Positions 38,195-47,793 of a stretch of DNA of 64,000 nucleotides are shown one piece after another (position 1 is the first letter of the stretch; each line of letters starts with the position of its first letter). The DNA is from a candidate division WWE3 bacterium. GTDB lineage: Bacteria; Patescibacteriota; WWE3; UBA101185; UBA10185. The position numbers and the translations under genes were made by a program. The stretch lies in assembly GCA_016182565.1 (NCBI GenBank), contig JACPGI010000003.1:5280-69279 (forward strand), read 5' to 3'. The notes beneath the pieces were generated by a model. It worked only from the letters and a program-made list of their open reading frames with translations, was not told where the DNA came from and did no database searches.

Positions 38195-40420
38195 ATGGCA
38201 AAAAGAGGAAGGAAACCAAAAAATAAGGTCAAAGTAAGCCCCGAGACCACAAAATCGGTTTTTGCAATATTTTTATTGATGGCTGCAGTTATTGTGTTAA
38301 TATCCTTTTTTGCTCCTGACTATGCACTCAACAAAAAAATCCAAAAAGTCATCCTTGGACTTTTTGGTTGGGCGGCTATCTTTATCCCATTTATTATGGC
38401 TATTGGGGGGCTACTTTACCTCCATCTTTTTAAATCAAAAATTGTACAATTAAAAACTTTTCTTGGGCTTTTGTTCTTTATGTTTTTTGCAAGCTCTCTT
38501 GCTTCCAGCATAGGAATTAAAAGTGGCAAGGTTGGAAATAGTGTTGATGAATTTTTATCTGATTCTATAAGTTCAGGTGGGTCTTTTGTGATGCTTTTTG
38601 CACTTACTGTTGCGACAGTTTTTTTTATTTTTAATGTTTCGTTTGCTCAGATATCCGAATTTTTTGCATTTATATTAGAAAAGCTTTCTTTTAAAAAAGA
38701 AAAAAAATCTAGGGGATTTTCAGTGGATGATGATATAAAGATATCAACTGGTTCCCCAAACCCTGATAGTGATGAATTTGTGGAAGATGGGGCAAAGGAC
38801 AATTTAGAAGACAATCAAGATATCAGTGAAAATCCTGAAACTCCTGCCACCTTTGAGGTGATACCATCTCTTTCTGAGCCAAAATCTGCAAAACTTGAAA
38901 TAACTCCAGAAGCTATACTTGCAACTGCAAAATCAACAAAACCGGGTTTGCCATATTCAGATCGTGTTTGGGAAAATCCTCCACTTGACTTGCTTTCTGA
39001 TCCATCGACAGTCCCAATTGACAGGGGAGATGTTATGGAACGCGCTAAGATAATTGTTGCAACACTTAGATCTTTTGGTATAGATTCCAAAGTCTCGGAA
39101 ATTAATTTTGGTCCATCTGTAACACAATATGCACTTGAAGCAGGATCCGGGGTTCGTATTGCAAAGGTTGCTAACTTACAAAATGATATAGCCTTAGCTC
39201 TAGCCTCACCGACCGGATCAGTTAGAATTGAAGCCCCAATACCCGGTAAGTCTCTTATTGGAATTGAAGTCCCAAATAATACAAGAGTACCTGTCTGTTT
39301 CAAAGAAATTTTTAATTCCGATGCAATGCGGGGTATGAAGTCCAAGAGGGGCATTGTTTTAGGTAAAGATGTATCAGGAGCTCACGTTGTTTATGATATT
39401 GCTAAGATGCCCCACCTTTTAGTGGCCGGATCAACAGGATCAGGCAAATCAGTGTTTCTCCACTCATTAATATTTAGTATTTTGTACAGATGCAGTCCAC
39501 AAGAATGCAAATTTTTATTTATTGATCCAAAGAGAGTTGAGCTTGTACATTATTCCGGTATACCACATTTACTTGCTCCTGTTGTGACAGAGACAGATAA
39601 AGCCCCCGCACTTTTTAGGTGGCTTGTAAGTGAGATGGAAAAAAGGTACAAACTTTTAGAACAAGCTAAAGTAAGAAATATAGATGGATATAACGAGAAA
39701 ACAGGTTTTCAGGTAATGCCATATATTGTTGTAGTTGTTGATGAGCTAGCAGAAATTATGATTTCTGATCCGCAGGCAGTAGAAAAAAGTATCGTTAGAT
39801 TAGCGCAGCTTGCAAGGGCAGTCGGAATACATTTGGTGCTTACTATTCAAAGACCAAGTGCTGATGTTTTAACTGGGCTAATTAAAGCAAATATCCCATG
39901 CAGAATTGCATTTGGAGTCACAAGTCAGGTGGATTCTAGGGTCATTATTGATCAACCGGGTGCCGAAAAACTTCTTGGAAAGGGTGACATGCTTTTTGTT
40001 CCACCCGATGCCGCAAAACCAGTAAGGATTCAAGGTGCTTTCGTATCCGAAAAGGAGATTGCAAATGTAGTTGCGTACCTTAAACAATCGGGTTTTGAAC
40101 CAGAACTCAATCATGAGATTTTTGAAAATAAAGACCAGGGTAGAAGTTTAGCGGCAGGTGGCGAGGGAAAAGATCCGCTATTTGATGAGGCAATTGAGAC
40201 AATTCTTAGTGCTCAAAAAGCTTCAGCCTCCCTTCTTCAAAGAAGATTGCAGATAGGCTATGCACGTGCCGCAAGAATTTTGGATGAACTTGAAGCATCC
40301 GGTGTTATTGGTTCCGCCCAAGGAAGTAAACCCAGGGATATTTTAGTAAGTCAAAAAGGACAGTCAACACATCAAGAATTTGATAACTTAGCCCCTCAGG
40401 AAGAACATGTGATTTATTAA
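38195..40420 (+). CDS. ftsK: DNA translocase FtsK/SpoIIIE
   Basis: N-terminal TMs, a linker, GSTGSGKS Walker A and a C-terminal gamma winged-helix domain. Confidence 0.9.
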   Translation: MAKRGRKPKNKVKVSPETTKSVFAIFLLMAAVIVLISFFAPDYALNKKIQKVILGLFGWAAIFIPFIMAIGGLLYLHLFKSKIVQLKTFLGLLFFMFFASSLASSIGIKSGKVGNSVDEFLSDSISSGGSFVMLFALTVATVFFIFNVSFAQISEFFAFILEKLSFKKEKKSRGFSVDDDIKISTGSPNPDSDEFVEDGAKDNLEDNQDISENPETPATFEVIPSLSEPKSAKLEITPEAILATAKSTKPGLPYSDRVWENPPLDLLSDPSTVPIDRGDVMERAKIIVATLRSFGIDSKVSEINFGPSVTQYALEAGSGVRIAKVANLQNDIALALASPTGSVRIEAPIPGKSLIGIEVPNNTRVPVCFKEIFNSDAMRGMKSKRGIVLGKDVSGAHVVYDIAKMPHLLVAGSTGSGKSVFLHSLIFSILYRCSPQECKFLFIDPKRVELVHYSGIPHLLAPVVTETDKAPALFRWLVSEMEKRYKLLEQAKVRNIDGYNEKTGFQVMPYIVVVVDELAEIMISDPQAVEKSIVRLAQLARAVGIHLVLTIQRPSADVLTGLIKANIPCRIAFGVTSQVDSRVIIDQPGAEKLLGKGDMLFVPPDAAKPVRIQGAFVSEKEIANVVAYLKQSGFEPELNHEIFENKDQGRSLAAGGEGKDPLFDEAIETILSAQKASASLLQRRLQIGYARAARILDELEASGVIGSAQGSKPRDILVSQKGQSTHQEFDNLAPQEEHVIY

Positions 40421-40429
40421 TCCTGCCCA

Positions 40430-41239
40430 TTGAACTATTATAAAAATATGAAAACTGTCGGACAGATTTTAAAGACTGCACGTGAGCAGAAAAAATTTAC
40501 GCTTGAGGATGTACATAAATTTATAAAAATACACCCCAAGTTTTTAATTGCCCTTGAGGAGGGTGAATATCAGATATTTTCAAATAAAATTCATGCCAAA
40601 GGATTTCTTAAGATTTATTCTGAATTTTTAGGACTTGATGTGCCCCAAGTGCTTGCCTTTTGGCGACGTGAGTACGAGGCAATGTTTGAAAAAAGGGAAA
40701 GTTTACTCCCCAAATTTAAAGTTAATCATTTACAAAAAGTTGGGGTGGTTTTAACTCCAAGTTTGGTTTTGATCACCCTTTCCGTTTTTCTTACACTTAG
40801 TTTTTTTAGTTACTTATTTTATCAATACCACACATATTCAGGTGCTCCAAAACTAGACATCTATAACCCTCAAAATAATGTAGTAATAAACTATGAAATA
40901 TTGGATGTGACAGGAAAAACTGATATTGATGCAAATCTTATGATAAATAATCAAAAAATTAATTTGGATAAAGATGGGGGTTTTGCTACTTCAATTAGAT
41001 TACAACCGGGTTTAAATACTCTTAGCTTTCTTTCTGTAAATAAACTTCAGAAGGAAACCGAAGAAATAAGAACAATAATTTATCGAAATCCTGAACAGGA
41101 AAATGTATCTTCTATACTTCCTGTGGTTGAGTCTACACAGTCTACAAGGGAAACCCCAGGGAAGTTTGAGCCTGATACTAAGCCAAGTATTAGAGAGGGA
41201 GGGGGTTTGGAGTTTGTAGAAGAATTTCAGTTACCTTAA
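40430..41239 (+). CDS. RodZ-like HTH (XRE-type) bitopic membrane protein
   Basis: N-terminal HTH_25-like domain (GQILKTAREQKKFTLEDVHK), a TM and a C-terminal domain. Confidence 0.55.
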   Translation: MNYYKNMKTVGQILKTAREQKKFTLEDVHKFIKIHPKFLIALEEGEYQIFSNKIHAKGFLKIYSEFLGLDVPQVLAFWRREYEAMFEKRESLLPKFKVNHLQKVGVVLTPSLVLITLSVFLTLSFFSYLFYQYHTYSGAPKLDIYNPQNNVVINYEILDVTGKTDIDANLMINNQKINLDKDGGFATSIRLQPGLNTLSFLSVNKLQKETEEIRTIIYRNPEQENVSSILPVVESTQSTRETPGKFEPDTKPSIREGGGLEFVEEFQLP

Positions 41240-41308
41240 GTAAGTCATAGATCTAGCTTTTAAGTACACGTTTGAGCTTATGATATAGCCCCAAAAATAT
41301 TTTTAGTA

Positions 41309-41336
41309 TTGACTTAATATATATATGAAATAACAT
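41309..41336 (+). promoter_or_regulatory. Promoter-like TTGACT-N16-TAACAT directly upstream of the giant surface-protein gene
   Basis: Same -35 hexamer as the other putative promoters. The ATG lies within about 7 nt of the -10, which suggests a short or absent leader. Confidence 0.35.
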
Positions 41337-41339
41337 AGA

Positions 41340-44300
41340 ATGTGTATGAAAACTTTGATTAAGGTTCTAACCCTACTTTTTTTGTTTCTTATTACTTTAA
41401 TGTCTAACACCAGATTTTCTTTTGCTGTTGATCTAGATGTTTATACTGAGCCGACTAGTTACGTCTATGATGCCACTGATAACGCCTCCCTTGTGATTGA
41501 AGATGTTTCGGGGGATGGGGCAGACGATATGCTGTATTTTTCAGGTGACAACAGTGGAACGATGTATGTGTACCTAAATGGTAACTTACCCCAAACCGGT
41601 GAAGTTCTTAGCACTGCGCTTACAGGATATAATGTTAGGTATACTAATTTGGGCACTAATTTGTACGGACAACATCGTATCGCCACTGGAGATATTGATA
41701 ATGATGGCTCTACTGATATTTTGGTTTCAACAGAATCCGCTCTTTACGGGTTTTTAGCAGATGATATTGCTGCATATCAGAATCAGACGCTACAGACGGT
41801 GAATGTTTCAACAACCCCCGCTGCCTACCTGTTTAAAATGTACAGAGCCGGTCTTCAAATTGGATATAGTCACGGCCAGGCTTTTTACTTGACTGATATT
41901 TCAGGGGATGGGGCAAATGACATTGTACTAAGCGACGACAATAATTTTTGGATTTATTATGTTAATAACAGCATCTTTGGTAGTGTGAGCCACGGTACTC
42001 AACTAAACCTTGCCACTTCATCAAACTACAATGTTTTGATGACTTCAGGATTTAGTGGGATTATGGAAGATGGTGATGGGTTTACTGTGGGAGATTTTAC
42101 AGGCGATGGTAAATCTGATGTCGTGGCTCTTATTAGTAATCTATCTTACGGAACAATAAATGTTGTACTTGGATCTCAGTTGAGTGCAATTGCGGGGACA
42201 GGAAATTCCTTAGACCTCACTAGTGCTGCAAACTCATCAATAAGAATTAAAGGCACTAGTACACTTGCTTTCTACGAGAATTACACTGGTTTGGGGATAT
42301 ACGATGTGACTGGGGACGGTGATCCAGATTTGGAAGTTGCCTTAGGTGGGACTAGTGGATCAGGTCCAGGTTATTTGTATGTGTTTTCAAATGAATTAGC
42401 TCAAACTTGGGAGGGGGTCACTGGAACAGACGTTTTGCTTAGTACAAATACCGTTTATTCCTACTCGATTTCTGGTGAAGGGTTTAGTGGTGGCAATTAT
42501 GGTTTCGCTGCAAATAATGGGTTTCATGTGGCTGATATAAATGAGAACGGTATAAACGACCTTGTGATCGGAGATGATTACTACAGCACCGGTTGTACTA
42601 ATTGTGGTGTTGCCTATGTTATATTGGATAACTTGTTAGCTGATTTTGCTGTATCATCTGCGCCTAGTAATACATTTTCCTTAGGAAATTCTGCATATTT
42701 TACTCTTAAGATAAAAGGAGCAGCCAATAGTGCACGGGCCACAAGCACTAGTAGCCAGGGCAATGGTGGTATTTTCTTAGGCGATGTGAATAGTGATGGT
42801 TATAACGACCTAGTTGTTACATATAGTGATGGTTGGAGCTTATATTTGAGTGATAGGTTTGTAGATTTAGGAATAACTACAGGAACTTCTTGGACAACTG
42901 CTACCAATGTAGATCGTAGGTATACGGGCTCTTGGTGTGGTGCTTGTCGGCTTTCAGTGGGTGATTTAAATGACAACGGGGCCAACGACCTAGCAATTAG
43001 TAACTCGGGGCGTGATGAGAGCTATTTTTTCCTTGGAGGTTCAACAATAAATTCCCTAGGGGCAAGTTTAGGGGCTGAGGTGCAGTCTAATGGTGATGAT
43101 GCAACTAGCGACCCGCAAGGGGGCACAAAAAGCGTCATTTTAACAAAATCCAGTATTCCAGTCGCCTTAGTTACAACATCCTTTACTGCTATTGATGGTT
43201 TAGATTGGTCTGTTATCACTGCTGATGTAGATTCGGATGCCGGTAAAAGCGTGGCAACAAATATTGAAAGTGCTGATGGAACAGGAGCTTCTCATAGCCT
43301 GTACGTACCAAAGCTTGCGGGGGCTCTAGGTGTGTATGTTTGTCCTGATGCCACAAATCTTGCAGGAGTAACTGATTCATGTACAAACGGCTATGAACTT
43401 TCCGAAGGCGAAAGCGGTCTTACCGAGGTAACCATTGACTCAGTAGATTACTGGAGAATTTCAGGACTAACTGGAACAGGTGCTCAAAATGTATTGGACA
43501 CAGATCCTCCAGTAAATGGTAATTTCGTGATAAATGGTGGTGCTGCTTATACTACTTCAACCAGTGTTACTTTAACAATCTCAGCTACTGATGAGCTATC
43601 TGATGTTTCTCAGATGGAGATCTCCGAAGACTCTAGTTTTACTGGTGCCTCGTGGGAAGCTTATTCGACTAGTAAGAGTTTTACCTTATCATCAACCTCT
43701 GGTACCAAAACCGTCTACATAAAATACAAAGACAGTAATGATAACGAGTCATCATCCTATTCAGATAGTATTATTTTAGACAGTAACTCTCCTGGGAAAC
43801 TTCGCATAGGTCTAAAGGAAGATAAACTATTTACCGTAGGCGAAGCTCACTTTGAGCTTAAGGATAGGAAATTCAAGCTATATGTAGATACATTTGATAG
43901 TACAACAGATGTAGACCAAATTAAGGTATCAGAACATAGTGATTTTGAAGAGGATGACTATGAAGACTATGATGGTGATCTTAACATCAAGTTGTCAAAC
44001 GGTGCTGAAAAGAAGTATCTCTACTTTAGATTAAAAGATAGTGCAGGAAACACCTCGAAAGTTTATAAACAACTCGTCAAATACAATCCAAACTATACTA
44101 AAAACTTAATCCAAGAAGACGATGATGACATGGAAGAAAACCCAATTTTAAATGGTATGACAGAAGATACAGATGTAGTTCTTGAAAAGATCGGAACTAT
44201 TCAATATTCTACAGATCACAAAAACTATTTCTATACAGAAAATTTCTTGACCCTTTTAGGTAAATCCAGTGGAATTGTATCAATATCAGTAGACGGAGAT

Positions 44301-44639
44301 TTCAGTGATTCTACATACTCTAATGATACTAATGTCTTCTCACTTTCATTAAACCTTACAGACGGTAAACACGATATTGTAGTAGGTAATACAAGCTTTT
44401 CTATAACAATAGACCCATCAGGTAACTCCTTTCCTACTTCATTGAAAACTGTGCTTGGCATACAAACGTCTTCTGAGCAGATATCCGGGGACGGTGATGA
44501 AAAAAGAGTTGAAACCCCAGATAATAAAGAGTTGATCCAAGCTGATGGAGCTTCACCGGAAGTGACTGATGGTACACAACAAACAGGCGGAACATTTTTT
44601 GGGAATACATGGCAGTGGGTCAAATCTTTGTTTGATTAG
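41340..44639 (+). CDS. Large secreted/surface protein (1099 aa) with about 7 FG-GAP (integrin-alpha-like, Ca-binding DxDxDG) repeats and a long Ser/Thr-rich C-terminal region
   Basis: Signal peptide, then repeats TGDIDNDGSTDIL, DISGDGANDIV, GDFTGDGKSDVV, YDVTGDGDPDLE, ADINENGINDLV, GDVNSDGYNDLV and GDLNDNGANDLA. Confidence 0.7.
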   Translation: MCMKTLIKVLTLLFLFLITLMSNTRFSFAVDLDVYTEPTSYVYDATDNASLVIEDVSGDGADDMLYFSGDNSGTMYVYLNGNLPQTGEVLSTALTGYNVRYTNLGTNLYGQHRIATGDIDNDGSTDILVSTESALYGFLADDIAAYQNQTLQTVNVSTTPAAYLFKMYRAGLQIGYSHGQAFYLTDISGDGANDIVLSDDNNFWIYYVNNSIFGSVSHGTQLNLATSSNYNVLMTSGFSGIMEDGDGFTVGDFTGDGKSDVVALISNLSYGTINVVLGSQLSAIAGTGNSLDLTSAANSSIRIKGTSTLAFYENYTGLGIYDVTGDGDPDLEVALGGTSGSGPGYLYVFSNELAQTWEGVTGTDVLLSTNTVYSYSISGEGFSGGNYGFAANNGFHVADINENGINDLVIGDDYYSTGCTNCGVAYVILDNLLADFAVSSAPSNTFSLGNSAYFTLKIKGAANSARATSTSSQGNGGIFLGDVNSDGYNDLVVTYSDGWSLYLSDRFVDLGITTGTSWTTATNVDRRYTGSWCGACRLSVGDLNDNGANDLAISNSGRDESYFFLGGSTINSLGASLGAEVQSNGDDATSDPQGGTKSVILTKSSIPVALVTTSFTAIDGLDWSVITADVDSDAGKSVATNIESADGTGASHSLYVPKLAGALGVYVCPDATNLAGVTDSCTNGYELSEGESGLTEVTIDSVDYWRISGLTGTGAQNVLDTDPPVNGNFVINGGAAYTTSTSVTLTISATDELSDVSQMEISEDSSFTGASWEAYSTSKSFTLSSTSGTKTVYIKYKDSNDNESSSYSDSIILDSNSPGKLRIGLKEDKLFTVGEAHFELKDRKFKLYVDTFDSTTDVDQIKVSEHSDFEEDDYEDYDGDLNIKLSNGAEKKYLYFRLKDSAGNTSKVYKQLVKYNPNYTKNLIQEDDDDMEENPILNGMTEDTDVVLEKIGTIQYSTDHKNYFYTENFLTLLGKSSGIVSISVDGDFSDSTYSNDTNVFSLSLNLTDGKHDIVVGNTSFSITIDPSGNSFPTSLKTVLGIQTSSEQISGDGDEKRVETPDNKELIQADGASPEVTDGTQQTGGTFFGNTWQWVKSLFD

Positions 44640-44699
44640 ATCTAACTGTGATTTTCACATATTTTATTTTTTACATTCATCCTGAAGATCTAAATTACA

Positions 44700-45020
44700 T
44701 TGTGGGACTTGCTCAAACTTCTTACTCATGAAATACTTAATGCACAAAGGAATCTGCCCAATATGGATATACAAGCAATTTTAGTTCTAATACTTTCAAT
44801 TCTCACAATAAATTTAGTAGTAGTAGGTGTTTATGTAATTTTAGTTTTAAGGGAACTGCGCGAAACTATTAAGAAAGCTAATGAGGTCATGGATACGGTG
44901 ACTTCTGTAAGTTCTTTAGTATCAAATCCGTTTGGAACAATAAGTAGTTTTATTACTGCTTTAATTGATGGTTATAAAGCAGTAAAGGAAGTTAGGACTA
45001 TAAGAAGTCTAAAAGATTAA
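44700..45020 (+). CDS. Small bitopic membrane protein, DUF948-like (TM + coiled coil)
   Basis: 106 aa with an N-terminal TM and a helical C-terminus. It is first in a four-gene overlapping operon. Confidence 0.35.
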   Translation: MWDLLKLLTHEILNAQRNLPNMDIQAILVLILSILTINLVVVGVYVILVLRELRETIKKANEVMDTVTSVSSLVSNPFGTISSFITALIDGYKAVKEVRTIRSLKD

Positions 45021-45023
45021 GTT

Positions 45024-45464
45024 ATGGAATGTAAGCATTGTGGTAAAAATCATACAGATGCCGGAAGTTTTGTCCACGGAGCTATGTGGGGAGCTTTAGC
45101 CGGGGCTATTCTTGGCATGCTTTATGCTCCTGAAAAAGGTGAGGATAACAGGGCAAAATTAAAGGAAGCATTTGACGGTGCAGAGGCCAAGGGAAAAGAA
45201 TTAGGTGGAAAAGTACGTGATGAATTAAAAGATCTTACCGGAGATATAAAAAAGACCACAAAGGAGATAGCGGAGGCAGCTAAGCCTTTTATATCTGAAC
45301 TTGAAAAAAGTATTAAACCGGTTTTAGATAAAGCTAGATCCTCAAGCCAAGATGTACAACTGCAGGTCATGGAGAAAATAGAACAGCTTGTTGAAGATGC
45401 TTCTTCAGGATATGATGACGACAGGAATATGAAGAAGTTTTTCAAGGGCACCAAAAGAAAATGA
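45024..45464 (+). CDS. YtxH-like stress-associated membrane protein
   Basis: GAMWGALAGAILGMLYAPEKGEDNRAKLKE matches the YtxH N-terminal signature and is followed by a charged coiled coil. Confidence 0.45.
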   Translation: MECKHCGKNHTDAGSFVHGAMWGALAGAILGMLYAPEKGEDNRAKLKEAFDGAEAKGKELGGKVRDELKDLTGDIKKTTKEIAEAAKPFISELEKSIKPVLDKARSSSQDVQLQVMEKIEQLVEDASSGYDDDRNMKKFFKGTKRK

Positions 45465-46708
45465 ACTCGTTTAAAATAATCCTCGCAATAAAAGACTCTT
45501 TAAAAATTGCCTACAAGAATAAAATTTTGTGGGTTTTTGCTCTAATGCTTGCGGGTACTTCTGCTGGGTCAAATTTTAATACCGCAAGAAATCTTGATCC
45601 AAACAAGGACAATACAAAAACCTCCGATAAAATCATATCCATGACCGACCGAGGCAGAAAAAATGAAAGCAAGCTTTTAGCAGTAGGCGAAGGTATAACT
45701 TCAGAAGAAAATAAGTTACTTAACGATTTAGATTTGGTAATTCCAGAAAAAGACTTTGCCCAAGACGAATTTGAGCCTACTGTAAATGCAGAAAACAGTG
45801 GTGAAACACTTGATGTGACTTCTAAAAATTTTATATTTATGCAGGCGCTACAAATACTCTACCTAACCCCACCTCAAGAATATCTTCAAATATTTAAAAC
45901 AAACTTAATCACTTTAGGTTTTGTCGCAGTTGTTGGTATTACAGTTGCAATTGTGGTCGGGTTAATAATTCATGCTTGGGGTTATTTAGCTATTTTAGTT
46001 GGTTCAAAAGATGCAGTAGATGGGCAGGACATTAATTTAAAAAAACTCTCGGATAAAGGAATGACAAATTATCTAAGAATGGTAAGGTTTAAAATTCTTA
46101 TGTTTTTGACTTTTCTTATTACAATATTTGTATTTATGATAATAGGTGTTGCTCCGTTTATATTTTTTGAAAAAAATATAATTACGACTCTAATCTACAT
46201 ACCACTTGCTGCTATTTATATAACAATATTTATATCCCTTATCTATATCACAAAAATTGGCCCATATTTTATAACTTTTGAGGATTCTAAGGCCAGAGAG
46301 GCATTTTATTTAGGATGGGACTTTTTTAAGAAAAACTTTAAGCTTGCTATTTTGACAGATTTGGCAAGTTTTGTACTTGTTGGCTTAATAACATGTGTGG
46401 TGATTTTGTTTCTTGGCGTTTTGTTTTTTGGAGGTGTTTTTATCTACCCAAGCGTTGTTTCCCTTTTACAAGAGCATTTTGCGCTAATACTTCCTGTTTC
46501 ACTATTTTTGAGTATTTTGCTTATCAGTGTAGTGTTCTCATTCATGGCGTTTACGGGCTTTATACTTACATTTAGATATATATTATGGACAAAGTTATTT
46601 TTTGCATTAAAAGATAAGGACAATGATCAATACCGAGATCACTTCCCATTAAAAACTGATTTAGATTTAACAAATAGTAACAAAATGGAGGTGACAAGTG
46701 TTGCCTAA
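45461..46708 (+). CDS. Polytopic membrane protein (415 aa; signal/anchor, hydrophilic loop, about 6 TM), function unknown
   Basis: Hydropathy by eye. ATGA overlap with the upstream gene. Confidence 0.45.
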   Translation: MNSFKIILAIKDSLKIAYKNKILWVFALMLAGTSAGSNFNTARNLDPNKDNTKTSDKIISMTDRGRKNESKLLAVGEGITSEENKLLNDLDLVIPEKDFAQDEFEPTVNAENSGETLDVTSKNFIFMQALQILYLTPPQEYLQIFKTNLITLGFVAVVGITVAIVVGLIIHAWGYLAILVGSKDAVDGQDINLKKLSDKGMTNYLRMVRFKILMFLTFLITIFVFMIIGVAPFIFFEKNIITTLIYIPLAAIYITIFISLIYITKIGPYFITFEDSKAREAFYLGWDFFKKNFKLAILTDLASFVLVGLITCVVILFLGVLFFGGVFIYPSVVSLLQEHFALILPVSLFLSILLISVVFSFMAFTGFILTFRYILWTKLFFALKDKDNDQYRDHFPLKTDLDLTNSNKMEVTSVA

Positions 46709-47282
46709 TTCTAATTCGAGTATGAACGCGGGTTTTTTGATAAGAGCCTTAGCTTATTTATTAGATAAGCTTTTAGGTCTAATTTTGCTTCTTTCTATAA
46801 TTTTAATATATTCATATTTTGTAACTCTTGAGGACGGTATGGAGTTTATAAAAATATTTGGAAATATCACAACAATAGTAATCTCACTACTGCTTTTGGC
46901 AACACTTATAAACCTTATCTATTACACCTACTTTTTATCAAGGTTCGGCGGGACACTGGGTAAACTACTTCTTGGAATACAAGTTTTTGACAAGGAAACC
47001 GGCAGATTTCTTGATACAAAAAAAGCGTTTTTTCGAAGTTTTGCGGGATACAGCTTTTCAGGTCAGTTTATGGGATTAGGATTTCTTGCAATAAATAAAA
47101 AGAGGAATAATCTTGCTTGGCATGATGAATTATTTAACACTGAGGTAAAAGCTGTGGGGTCGGTTTGGCCTGGAGTTATACTAACCCTTCTCTTTTTAGC
47201 CATTAACGCATTCGTTGTTATACCGGTTATTTTTTCTCTAGTATCCAAAACGTTTTCTGCATTTGGTACCCCATCTTTATGA
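46698..47282 (+). CDS. RDD-family membrane protein
   Basis: RFGGTLGKLLLGIQVFDKETGRFLD core with flanking TMs. Confidence 0.6.
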   Translation: MLPNSNSSMNAGFLIRALAYLLDKLLGLILLLSIILIYSYFVTLEDGMEFIKIFGNITTIVISLLLLATLINLIYYTYFLSRFGGTLGKLLLGIQVFDKETGRFLDTKKAFFRSFAGYSFSGQFMGLGFLAINKKRNNLAWHDELFNTEVKAVGSVWPGVILTLLFLAINAFVVIPVIFSLVSKTFSAFGTPSL

Positions 47283-47373
47283 CTTTTAAAATGCTAAGTT
47301 TTATATGTCTTAGTACTCCCAGTCACACTAAATAGTATTTTTTAGCTTAGATAATTGATGCTACAATTCATGC

Positions 47374-47793
47374 ATGAGTGATTTACTGTCCCAACAAAAT
47401 TCACAGAACGATCAGAATTTATCCGGAGTTCAAAATACTTCACCTACCCCATTTATCCCATCGACCCAATCTTATAGTCTTGGTGCCGAAAACCCACAGA
47501 TTGTTGAGACACCAACTCCAGTTGAGTTAAATCCGGAAAGTAAAGAACTTTTGCGAAAACCAGAAATACCAGTGCCAGCTGCACTTAAAGAAGAATCCAA
47601 TCAAGCAGAAAAAAATAACCCAGTTTTTACAATTGTTCCAGACCTAGCAGTAAAAGTAGCTATTCCAAAAGTTGAACCAAAAAAAGCAACCCTACATCAT
47701 ATTGAAACTCCCGGGAATGACCTTACAAAAAAAGCAGACGAAGAAGAAGAGGATTTTATAAAGCATGTTGAGGAAATCCACACTATTGTATGA
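47374..47793 (+). CDS. Hypothetical Pro/Gln-rich low-complexity protein, translationally coupled (ATGA) to the downstream ATPase
   Basis: The ORF has no TM. Its stop overlaps the ATPase start. Confidence 0.4.
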   Translation: MSDLLSQQNSQNDQNLSGVQNTSPTPFIPSTQSYSLGAENPQIVETPTPVELNPESKELLRKPEIPVPAALKEESNQAEKNNPVFTIVPDLAVKVAIPKVEPKKATLHHIETPGNDLTKKADEEEEDFIKHVEEIHTIV

